A stretch of DNA of 64,000 nucleotides from the NCBI GenBank assembly GCA_965215885.1, contig CBDCEW010000091.1, positions 43,775 through 107,774 of the forward strand, written 5' to 3'. Both the position numbers and the translations under genes were made by a program. This document shows, in pieces, positions 20,440 to 29,245 of this stretch (positions are counted from its first letter, which is position 1; every line of letters begins with the position of its first letter). Source of the stretch: Candidatus Moanibacter sp. (GTDB lineage Bacteria; Verrucomicrobiota; Verrucomicrobiia; Opitutales; UBA2987). The notes beneath the pieces are model-generated. The model did no database searches and was not told the DNA's origin. It worked only from the letters and a program-made list of their open reading frames with translations.

Positions 20440-22803
20440 CTAGAAGAAGTAGCTGAACTTTACGCGATAGCGGATTCCCGGGCCCGGGCGCATGAATTCG
20501 GTGCTGACGGACTCACGCACATACTCTTCATCGGAGGCGTTTTCAATTGTACCGTGAATGCGCCAGTGCTCGCGACTGTAGGAAAAGAAGAAGCCCAGGA
20601 GGTCATAGCCGGGAAGCCGAAAAGTATCGCCCGCATCTCCGCCTCTCAGGCCATCGATATTTTCATAATTGAAGCCCGCTGAGAATCCATTGAGGGGTCC
20701 ATCGAGAAAACTGTACTTTGCAATCGCTTTGAAAGAACCACCCTGTGGCACGCCTCGTTGACCGATTCCTTGGGGATTGCCCAAACTCTTGGCCAGCGAC
20801 TCGATATCTTGGAAGGCGAAGAGAAAACTGAGATTGTCGATTGGCTGAATAGCGATGTCGAGGTCCACCCCTTTGGTCGTGTTATCCGGAACAAAGGTTG
20901 TGATGATGTCGCCGTCATCCGTAATCTGAATGACGGGGCGATTCTGGAGCAGCATGTCGTAATAAGCTACGGTGGAGACGACTCTCCCCCCGAAGAGGCC
21001 GAATTTAACGCCTACTTCGTCGCTTTCACCGGTCAGTGAAGGAATGATCAGGTCTGCCAGGGTGCGGCCTCCCCCCGGTATGAAGGTCTCGCCGTGATTA
21101 TAATAGATCGAAACTCCCTCGACCGGCTTGACGACAACGCCGTAATTGTAAGTCCAGTCGCGGCTCTCCACTTCCGGGCTGGCCGATCCCCGGCCGCTTG
21201 GCCATTTGGTTGCCGGGATTCCGTCGGCGTCGGCTCCGTCGACGATGCAGCTTCTACCTACCGCTTCGCAGTGATTGAAGACGTTGGTTTTCCCATAGTT
21301 GTAGCGTGTTCCAATAACGACATTAACGCGATTGTCCAGAAAGCTCACATTATCCTGGATGGCCCAGTGAAACCCTTCGCTGTCGGTCGTTCTCCACTCT
21401 CCGTTGCGGGTTTGCGGAGCGGAAGTGAGCACCTCCGAGGGCGGTCGGGAAATCATATCAAAGATACTGCGGTCTTCCAGGTCCCAGTTCTGCCGCGTGC
21501 GAAAGATGTTGTTCTCGCCCTGTGTGTAGCCGGTATAAGTGATAAAATTGTGAGTTATCCCTCCCGTTTCAAATTCGGAAGCCAGATCGAGGGTGAAACT
21601 CTGATTATCGATCTCGTCAAAACGGAGATCCCTGCGCAGGCTACGCATAACGATGTCGTCAAATCCCGCCGCCCTCGCTTCGGCGAAGGTCGTGACACGC
21701 CGGGAGTAAAGACAGTTGCTTGCGCTTGGCGGGTTACAAGCGGACCCCGCCGGATCGAGTTGCAGGCCGACACCCCCTCTGAAGAAATAGCCACCGAAAC
21801 CTAACCAGACCCGCCTCAACGATTTGCGCTCGCTGTGCCGGGCGAGGAAACGGGAATTCCAGTCGGTACCGAAGAGATTAAACTGCTGGCGCCATCCCGC
21901 CTCGATACTCCACACGTCCTGGCCGCCCTCGTCGTGCCCCGGATTGCTGTTGTTGTTGTCTACCGGGATAATACCGAAGGGAGGCGTGCCGTCGGCGTCC
22001 GCGAACCACGGATTGACCGCGGAAGCCTCCGTGGTTTCCTGATAGACGAAACGAGCCCAGACGCTGGTCTTTTCGTTGAAATTATAGGTGAACATAGGCG
22101 CCACGACCCAGCGGTCATCAGCCCCGCCGGTCCAGATCTCACTGTCTTGATAGGCTCCGACAACTCGATAGAGAAGCTTGTTGTCCGGGCCAAGCGGCCC
22201 CGTCGAATCATACTCGGCTCGAATCCGGTTGTCGGTCCCGAACTCAATTCCCACTTCCGTCCGTGCCACTGAACTCGGCTTTTTCCCGATTCGATTAATC
22301 AGTCCGCCCAATGAATGGGAGCCGTAGAGTACGCCGTTCGGCCCCTTGATCACTTCAAGACGTTCGGTTAAGATTGGGTCCTCCTTATTCCCTTGAAATC
22401 CGCTTTGCGGATCAGCGATACCGTCTCTGAAGCCAAATATATTCGCTACAATTCCGCGCACCGAAATTCCCGAAGTGACATTGGTGACACCGCTGGCAAA
22501 GCGCAGGGCATCTTCCAACTCACGAGGATTTATATCCTTAATGACCTCTTTATTCAGCGAAATCACGGAAATCGGTACGTCCGCCAGGGCAGAATTGATG
22601 CGCGTGCCGCCAACCGTATGCGTGGCGCCGTAACCGCGATCACCTTCCTCGTTCACCGTAAACGGATCGAGCTCTATCAGTTCGCCTTCCTCTTCGGATT
22701 TCGCCTCTTCCGTCTGTGCCGAAAGGGAGAGCGGAAGGGTGACCAGAGCGAGAATCGAGACGAAATAACGGATTTTCAGTAGTTCTTCATGTAATCGTTT
22801 CAT
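20440..22803 (-). CDS. TonB-dependent receptor
   Basis: Signal peptide, IELDPFTV...GYGAT...GTRI, plug motif RLEVIKGPNGVLYG..GGLIN, terminal F. Confidence 0.9.
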   Translation of the reverse strand: MKRLHEELLKIRYFVSILALVTLPLSLSAQTEEAKSEEEGELIELDPFTVNEEGDRGYGATHTVGGTRINSALADVPISVISLNKEVIKDINPRELEDALRFASGVTNVTSGISVRGIVANIFGFRDGIADPQSGFQGNKEDPILTERLEVIKGPNGVLYGSHSLGGLINRIGKKPSSVARTEVGIEFGTDNRIRAEYDSTGPLGPDNKLLYRVVGAYQDSEIWTGGADDRWVVAPMFTYNFNEKTSVWARFVYQETTEASAVNPWFADADGTPPFGIIPVDNNNSNPGHDEGGQDVWSIEAGWRQQFNLFGTDWNSRFLARHSERKSLRRVWLGFGGYFFRGGVGLQLDPAGSACNPPSASNCLYSRRVTTFAEARAAGFDDIVMRSLRRDLRFDEIDNQSFTLDLASEFETGGITHNFITYTGYTQGENNIFRTRQNWDLEDRSIFDMISRPPSEVLTSAPQTRNGEWRTTDSEGFHWAIQDNVSFLDNRVNVVIGTRYNYGKTNVFNHCEAVGRSCIVDGADADGIPATKWPSGRGSASPEVESRDWTYNYGVVVKPVEGVSIYYNHGETFIPGGGRTLADLIIPSLTGESDEVGVKFGLFGGRVVSTVAYYDMLLQNRPVIQITDDGDIITTFVPDNTTKGVDLDIAIQPIDNLSFLFAFQDIESLAKSLGNPQGIGQRGVPQGGSFKAIAKYSFLDGPLNGFSAGFNYENIDGLRGGDAGDTFRLPGYDLLGFFFSYSREHWRIHGTIENASDEEYVRESVSTEFMRPGPGIRYRVKFSYFF

Positions 22804-22930
22804 GTTTCGAGAATATCTTTGCGGTTTATGGTTAGATCTGTTGCTTCGTTGAGGTAGTTGAAGCAAAGGATGCTGGGTTAATTATCCTTGAAAAGGTAGA
22901 TGTTAAGGCTGCGACTACAATGGGAAGAGT

Positions 22931-22951
22931 CTGGTATACTTTAAGTACCAG
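22931..22951. promoter_or_regulatory. Candidate GntR-type operator upstream of the TonB receptor
   Basis: CTGGTA-N9-TACCAG dyad, with a further CTGGTAC half-site at 22974. Confidence 0.35.
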
Positions 22952-23009
22952 CAATCTAAGGCATGACGCTAAACTGGTACAAGCAGAGTCCTACAGGTGC
23001 CGATAACGC

Positions 23010-24108
23010 TCAGACGGTAGTTACTTCACGTGGTCGAGCTAAAGACTGCCCACTCTTAATATCAGGTAAGATGAGCGTTTTACTATTACCCGAGATATCG
23101 CCGTCAATGACACCAACAACGGCCCGAAGAAGCTTTGTAGTATACGTTGCGGGATTGATGCTGTAAAAGGTCGGGACGGGAGTCAGGAACTGCAGAAACG
23201 GATCGGCGTCCCGGCAAACAAGGGAAACATCTTCCGGAACTCTGAGTCCCAGTTGCGCGGCCCGGCTGACCAGGGTCAGGTATAATATATGATTTCGCGA
23301 CGAGGATCGCCGTCGGTGGTTGAGGGGCCTTAAATATGTGGTCAATAGTGAGACAAATTTCCTGAAGCGCATTGCCATGCCGAAGGACAGGTGCAATAAT
23401 GTCCGGTTGATGCGATAATTCCAGACCTTCCTGAAAACCCGCCTCGCCTTCAAGATCGCCAGGGTTCGTGGTCTCAGGGTTGAGCATACAGACCCTTCGG
23501 TGGCCCCGGCTCAACATTATTCCGGCGGCATGCCGGCAGAGCGCCCGGTAGTCGATATCTACCGACGGCAATGCGATTCCCTCGTAGGTTGATCCGGCTA
23601 TAACACAGGGGATTCGTCTCTCTTCAAACCATTCCTGCATCGGTCTGGTGGAATTCGGAAGGATCCAGCAAGAGGGGCTATGGTGTTTGTGGAGCGATTC
23701 AAGGGCGGGCCCAGGATCCCGTCGGAAATATTGGCTTCCGTGATAAATTCTCAGAAGAAGACCCGCTTCAAAGAGCCGCTCTCGCAACTCATCGATCCAG
23801 ATTGCGGTGGTTGGGCGAACCTGCTCGATCGCTCTTGAGCTAATAAAACCGACGACGGCTTCACGGTTGGGTTCGCGCTCGACCTGCTGAGGCGTCCCGG
23901 TGATCCGGGTTCCTTTGCCGTGAACGGCTGTGAGGACACCTTCCGACTCAAGCCGGTTGAGCGCCGCCCGCAGGGTATTTCGGCTCACTCTGTAAGCTCC
24001 ACAGAGAGCCCGTTCACCGGGAAGCCAATCGGTCCACAGCCCTTCGCGAATCCCGTTTCGCAGAATCGATGCCACCTGATGAACCAGACTTTGTTTGCGG
24101 GGGATCAT
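23010..24108 (-). CDS. GntR wHTH + LacI-type ligand-binding regulator, frameshift near 23285
   Basis: LPGERAL..VSRNTLRAAL. The C-terminus LRVPEDVSLVCRD is in the 23010..23453 frame. ATGA overlap with the upstream paralogue. Confidence 0.85.
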
Positions 24109-25193
24109 GGCGGCGGTCCCAGCGAGTTGCCGGGAACGATTTCGGGAACGACCAGCGTGTGCGCTGGTTTGATCGGCTCTTCGTGAATGAGCTTTGTTAT
24201 CCGTTCGACGAGCAGATCGCCATAGACGATAGGACTTTTCTTGAAGCGGGTGGGTTCGGGCAGGAGGTACTCCAGGTAGGGCTCGCTGTCCCGGCAAACA
24301 AGAGAAACTTCCTCCGGCACGCGGATCCGGCAAGCCATGAGATAGCTTACCGTTCGCAAATACTGATCCGACTCGTTAATAAAAATGGCGGTTGGTGGGT
24401 CTCGTCTCTTTAATACCTGTGCGAGATTCCGGTGAAAGACATCTGCGTCATCGTGGTATTGAGCCAGACTGAGGTCGATCCCCTCGCAGTGGTGACTCTT
24501 CTGAAACGCCTCGATGCCGTGGATGAACCCGTTTTCGGCTGCCCCCGGCGTTATCAGAAGAATCCGGCGGTGGCCCGCTTCAAGGATCAGCTCAGCCGCT
24601 TTCCGACCGAGCGCTTCGCTGTCTACCGATACTGCCGGGAGGGTTACTCGCGGATCTCGGATTCCGGAAACCAGCGTGGGGATGCTTCGTTGTTCGAACC
24701 AGCGCTGAGCCCCGTTTGCCAATCCGCCGCACAGCAACCAGCAGGAATGCGGCGCCCTTTCGATGAGACGCTCAAGGGCTTTGTAGGGGTGCGACTTGGC
24801 ATATTGCCGCCCTGAGTAGAGCTGCATCTCGATCCCCATGTCATAGAGGAGGCTGCGCACCTCATCAATGAACAGGGAGGTAAATTGGCGGGAGCCATGC
24901 ACCTCCTTCGTTACGAGCACACCTACAGTCTTCGTTCTCGGTTCTTTGGCGGCCGCTCCCGCCGCGGAAACGATTCTATGGCCTCGTCCGTGGACCGTTT
25001 CGATCAAACCGTCGCTTGCCAACCGCCGTAAAGCGATGCGAAGCGTGTTTCGGCTTACGTGGAGCCGTTTGCTGAGCGTCCGTTCATCAGCTAGCCAGCC
25101 CCTCCATGTTCCCTCAAGGATCTCTCGCTCCAGGAGGCGGGTAACGTTTTCTGCCAACGACTGTCGACGCGGGATGAGGTCTATTGAGGGCAT
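24105..25193 (-). CDS. GntR wHTH + LacI-type ligand-binding regulator
   Basis: ERTLSKRLHVSRNTLRIAL, PPTAIF, IRVPEEVSLVC. Confidence 0.9.
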   Translation of the reverse strand: MPSIDLIPRRQSLAENVTRLLEREILEGTWRGWLADERTLSKRLHVSRNTLRIALRRLASDGLIETVHGRGHRIVSAAGAAAKEPRTKTVGVLVTKEVHGSRQFTSLFIDEVRSLLYDMGIEMQLYSGRQYAKSHPYKALERLIERAPHSCWLLCGGLANGAQRWFEQRSIPTLVSGIRDPRVTLPAVSVDSEALGRKAAELILEAGHRRILLITPGAAENGFIHGIEAFQKSHHCEGIDLSLAQYHDDADVFHRNLAQVLKRRDPPTAIFINESDQYLRTVSYLMACRIRVPEEVSLVCRDSEPYLEYLLPEPTRFKKSPIVYGDLLVERITKLIHEEPIKPAHTLVVPEIVPGNSLGPPP

Positions 25194-25335
25194 GTGTTGA
25201 ATGAAGCTTCACTTCATAGTTCGACTAATTTGCCAAATAAGACTCTGCTGAAAAAGTCGTCGCTTCGAACACCACTTTCTGACGAAAGCGGCTACAAATA
25301 TCAACGACTTACTCTGCCGTACGGCAGAGTAGCCG

Positions 25336-26965
25336 TCCCGCTGAGCGCATACGCGTAAACCTTATTTTCGCAACTTAGTCAGATTCAAAGACTTGCGAGG
25401 TATTTTGCGGCGGAGTATGAGGGTGTCTCTATCCTCGAGGTTCCACTCCATTTGTTCGCCCTTTTCTATTTGCTTCGTTTCGACCACAGCGGTGAGGAAA
25501 TTCGCAGTTGAGCGAGTGCATTTTGGCCGGGTTATCTTCTCTACTTTTACCGTCTACCCCATTTTTTTTCACTTTGGCAGCATTTTATACTGTACATTCG
25601 TTCATATATAGGATTTATCCTTCGGATGCAAAGTATAAAAAAAGCTGATTGTATCCGTCAAACCTTCCGTAAGTTGAACCTCACAGCCCTCGCTAAACAG
25701 AGTGGTTTTAGAGAGAGGAAATCGCGCAAGATCTCCCCTCTGAACTTTGTTTTGGCTTTGCTGGCGATGGCTTCTAAGGGGGCCTTGTCCCTTGGCAAAG
25801 AAGCCGAGCTTATTGGATTCTTAGCCAACCGCACCATTTCCAGACAAGCGGTCCAAAAGTGCGCCAAAAAAGCCACCGCTTTTATGACCTTAGTGCTCCT
25901 GAGGCTTTTAGAACTTAAAGCTTATGGGCCTGTGGGCAGAGCTGTTCCAAATTGCATGAGGAGCTTTGAACGGGTTCTCATTGCCGACAGCACTTCGATT
26001 GGCTTGCCTAAGGTCCTGGCCCCCTTCTTCCCCGGAGCGTCCAATCAGACAGGCTCCAAACAGGCTCAACTGAAGATTCAGGCCTATTACGATCTGCGCA
26101 ATGAATCCTTCGTTGACTTCAGCCTCAGTAGCTTCCGAAAAAACGATCAGGCTGCTTCCAAAGACATTCTCGCTCTCGCTCAACCCAACGACTTGATCCT
26201 GCGCGACTTAGGCTATTTTGTCCTCGATGTCTTTAAGCAACTCGATCAGCGCGGCTGCTTCTTTGTGAGTCGTTTGAAAACCGGCACTTGCCTTTTAGCC
26301 AACGAAGGCGATGAAGAGCTCGATCTACGCAAACTTTTACGTGGCCAAAAGCTTCTCGATATGCCCGTTCGGGTGGGTAAAAAAGCCAAGCTTCCGGTTC
26401 GTCTGATCGCCGTCAAACTCCCTCAGAAGGTGGCCCATAAACGCCGCCGCGAGCATAGACAAAACCGCGACAATAGACTTCGATATACCAGCCGCACCAG
26501 CTTCCTTCTCGGTTTCCAAATCTTTATTACAAACCTCCATCAGAAAGACTTTAGCCCTAAGCAGATTCTGAGCTTTTACGGGCTTCGCTGGCGCATCGAA
26601 ATTTTCTTTAAGGCCTTTAAGCAACATCTTAATCTCGGTCAGGTCAAAGAGACTACTCCCTACCAGGTTGAGCTTCTTATCTACGCCCGTCTCATCCTCA
26701 TTACCCACTTACTCAACTTCGTCTATGGTCCCCTTAGACACTATTCGAATACCAGTTTGTCCTCTCCTCTGAGTATCCTTAAATTCTCCTACTGGTTTGG
26801 CTTCTTTGCTCCCTACTTCTTCATCCTCTCTCACATTCCCAAAGATCAGATCATCCCCCGATGGCTCAAACAAATCCCCAAACACTGCACCTATGAAAAG
26901 CGTTCTCGACTTGATTTCCTCTCTTGTTTCTTCTCCTTAGGTTAACGCAAATGCGCCCAGCGGGA
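25336..26965 (+). mobile_element. IS4-family element, copy 1 (1630 bp)
   Basis: TIRs TCCCGCTGAGCGCAT / ATGCGCCCAGCGGGA. Near-identical to 52201-53829. Confidence 0.9.
25626..26945 (+). CDS. IS4-family transposase (439 aa)
   Basis: ADST, RDLGY, and Y-x2-RW-x-IE-x2-FK-x2-K (YREK) motif. Confidence 0.95.
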   Translation: MQSIKKADCIRQTFRKLNLTALAKQSGFRERKSRKISPLNFVLALLAMASKGALSLGKEAELIGFLANRTISRQAVQKCAKKATAFMTLVLLRLLELKAYGPVGRAVPNCMRSFERVLIADSTSIGLPKVLAPFFPGASNQTGSKQAQLKIQAYYDLRNESFVDFSLSSFRKNDQAASKDILALAQPNDLILRDLGYFVLDVFKQLDQRGCFFVSRLKTGTCLLANEGDEELDLRKLLRGQKLLDMPVRVGKKAKLPVRLIAVKLPQKVAHKRRREHRQNRDNRLRYTSRTSFLLGFQIFITNLHQKDFSPKQILSFYGLRWRIEIFFKAFKQHLNLGQVKETTPYQVELLIYARLILITHLLNFVYGPLRHYSNTSLSSPLSILKFSYWFGFFAPYFFILSHIPKDQIIPRWLKQIPKHCTYEKRSRLDFLSCFFSLG

Positions 26966-27161
26966 TCAGAACGTGGTGTTTTTTCAGCGGAATTCAAATA
27001 TGCCGACTGACTGTGGACAATAGCACAGGGTGCCCTCCAAGGAAAGGTGAAATCCGGTTTAAAAGTTGAACCAGTGAACCACTTCGAGCAGATCGGGTAC
27101 TTGTGGTTCCTAAAAGGAACATTTCCATTTTTCGTTTTCAAATTCCCGAGCGGCGGCCAGA

Positions 27162-28248
27162 TTGTCCCTCATGAAGGGCGATCACGCAATGCCGGTTGGG
27201 ATCATCGGATCCGGGTTCATGGCGCGGACTTACGCGGAGTGCCTTGCGCGATATGTCGAGGGCGTCGAGCTTCGGGTTGTGGCGGGTGGGAGTCGGGCTC
27301 CAGGATTGGCCCGCGAGTACGGAATCGAGCGACTCGACAGGGCCGAGGAGGTGTTTGATAGGGAAGACATCGAGGCAGTGATCATCGCCACACCGGAGAC
27401 GATTCACCCGGTGCAGGCGATTGCGGCGGCACAGGCCGGCAAGCATGTTCTTGTAGAAAAGCCCTTGGCGCCGACCCTCGAACAGTGTAACGCCGTGATT
27501 GACGCGTGCCGGAATTCGGGGGTGCGCCTGATGCAGGTTAAGCACTGTCGCTTTCGCGAAGTGCATCGGCGGGCAATCGAATTACTGCGCGAGGGAAACC
27601 TTGGGCCTGTGCGGCAGATACATAATCGTACAATGGTGCCGGTCCAATCATCGGAAGCGGGCGTGAGAAAGAAGCCGTTTTACCTCGATCCTTCTGGCGG
27701 TGGGCTTTTCATGGGATGCTGCACCCACAATTTCGACCTCGTCCGATGGTTGGCGGGCAGCGAGCCGAAACGGGTATTTGCTACGGTCACTTCATACGGT
27801 GACCATGCCATCCCGGAATTGACATCGATGGCGCAGATAGGCTTCGCCAATGAAGCGAAGGCTGCAGGTATGGATAACGGCGGAACTGCCGGATCCTGCG
27901 TTTGCGCAGAGCTTGTTCCGTACTGAGCTTGTTTGTGAAAACGGCGTCCTCGATCTTGACGGGGTAGGGCAGATTCAAGTCGGACAGGACGGTGAATGGC
28001 GTAGCATCTGGGAAGTAGCGAGGTTTGATCCGCAAGATCCCCTGGATCCGCGGAGCCTGGAGGGCTTCTCGGCCATGTTGCAGGAGTTCATCGACGCCAG
28101 TCGTGAAGACCGTGAACCATTAGTGACCGGAGCGGATGGTCGGGCTGCGGTAGAACTCTGCCTGGCGGCGCGTGAGTCGGCGAAAGCAGGGGTGTGCAGT
28201 CGATTTGCCGTTGGGTGGTTAACCGAGAGCATGCGATTCACGCATTAG
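27162..28248 (+). CDS. Gfo/Idh/MocA oxidoreductase, frameshift near 27860
   Basis: GIIGSGFMA, GKHVLVEKP, H-x2-D. C-terminus in ORF 27850..28248. Confidence 0.85.
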
Positions 28249-28391
28249 CGCAGAAACCGTAACTATCCCCCTCCTCAAGATCCTCCGGGCTCGCCCCGGA
28301 GAGTCTCAGGTTTTCTGGCTAAAGGGACCGAACCTACCTTTCCTCAAGATCCTCCGGGCTTGCCCCGGAGAGTCTCAGGTTTCTTAGCTAC
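28245..28391. repeat. TTAG-hairpin repeat cluster 1 (one partial plus unit, two minus units, 69-bp period)
   Basis: AAGATCCTCCGGGCTYGCCCCGGAGAGTCTCAGGTTT at 28277 and 28346. The last unit overlaps the tnpA stop codon. Confidence 0.9.
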
Positions 28392-29239
28392 AGCCGCTCC
28401 CACCGATCGAGATATCTCTTTAACGCTCGCGAATTCAGGTCCCCATACCCGCCGACGTAAGCACTTGGCGTAAAGAGACGATCTACTCCTGCTTGAATAA
28501 CGTGCTCGCTATGCCTTTCCCACATTACCTCTTCAGCAAGGTTCATCAATTCGGACACGATTTTTTCCGGTGCAATTGAAGGATGTCCCCGCATCGCCAA
28601 ATGCACGTGATCCGGCAAAAAGGACACCTTGAGGAGCTTAAACTGATTCTCCTGTTCAGCTTTCTGCCAGCATCGGGTCACAGCAGGACCCGATTCCGAA
28701 CCGAAAATTCCCTTTCGGGCTGTTGTTGCGATGACAATGTGGTAACGAAGACAAGTCACTGCATTCGGATTGAGCCGCGATTCATCGCCTGCCTCTTCCG
28801 GGAACTCCCGTTGAAAGACAGGCGGTATGGCTCTGTCTTCATAACCGTGATGGCGGCTCTGCTTGGAAAGGTATCGGATTACTTGCGACTTTATACTCTT
28901 CCCGGATGTGGCTGCGAAATAGCCGCGTGAGAAGAGACGGGATTTCTCCCGTACTTCGTGGTCTGTCCGTAGGAATTTGCTGACTCGGCCCTTCAGTTTA
29001 CTCGCTGTTGCGGATACGGTATCGGTTGGTTTCAGGCTCACTAGCGCTAGGCAGTTTCTTTCATCGGCGGAGAATTCGAGAAGGTGAATTCCGTAAGGAT
29101 CCAGTAGTTTCTCGATGCGTTCTTTGTCGAGAGATTTCAGCTCGGACACGGACTTACGGCGATGCGTGTTCCACCGCAGGTAGCAGTGAATAGAGTAAGC
29201 GAAGGTTAATGATTCGGCTGTGTAGGGAGTACGGTGCAC
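28388..29239 (-). CDS. tnpA: IS200/IS605-type HUH (Y1) transposase with two tandem TnpA domains, 5' end abutting an IS
   Basis: Domain 1: LKGRVSK, LFSRGYF, VIRYLSKQ. Domain 2: YHIVIAT, PDHVHL, LFTPSAY, LKRYLDRW. Confidence 0.85.
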   Translation of the reverse strand: MHRTPYTAESLTFAYSIHCYLRWNTHRRKSVSELKSLDKERIEKLLDPYGIHLLEFSADERNCLALVSLKPTDTVSATASKLKGRVSKFLRTDHEVREKSRLFSRGYFAATSGKSIKSQVIRYLSKQSRHHGYEDRAIPPVFQREFPEEAGDESRLNPNAVTCLRYHIVIATTARKGIFGSESGPAVTRCWQKAEQENQFKLLKVSFLPDHVHLAMRGHPSIAPEKIVSELMNLAEEVMWERHSEHVIQAGVDRLFTPSAYVGGYGDLNSRALKRYLDRWERL

Positions 29240-29245
29240 AAACTT

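Larger units (their letters stand above)
25241..26995. repeat. REP-doublet / MITE-like element interrupted by IS4 copy 1
   Basis: Outer IRs GACTCTGCTGAAAAA and TTTTTCAGCGGAATT. Inner REP GTAGCCGCTTTCGTCAGAAAGTGG (minus, 25272-25295), palindrome 25310-25331, and a split REP GTAGCCG|TCAGAACGTGG. Confidence 0.65.
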
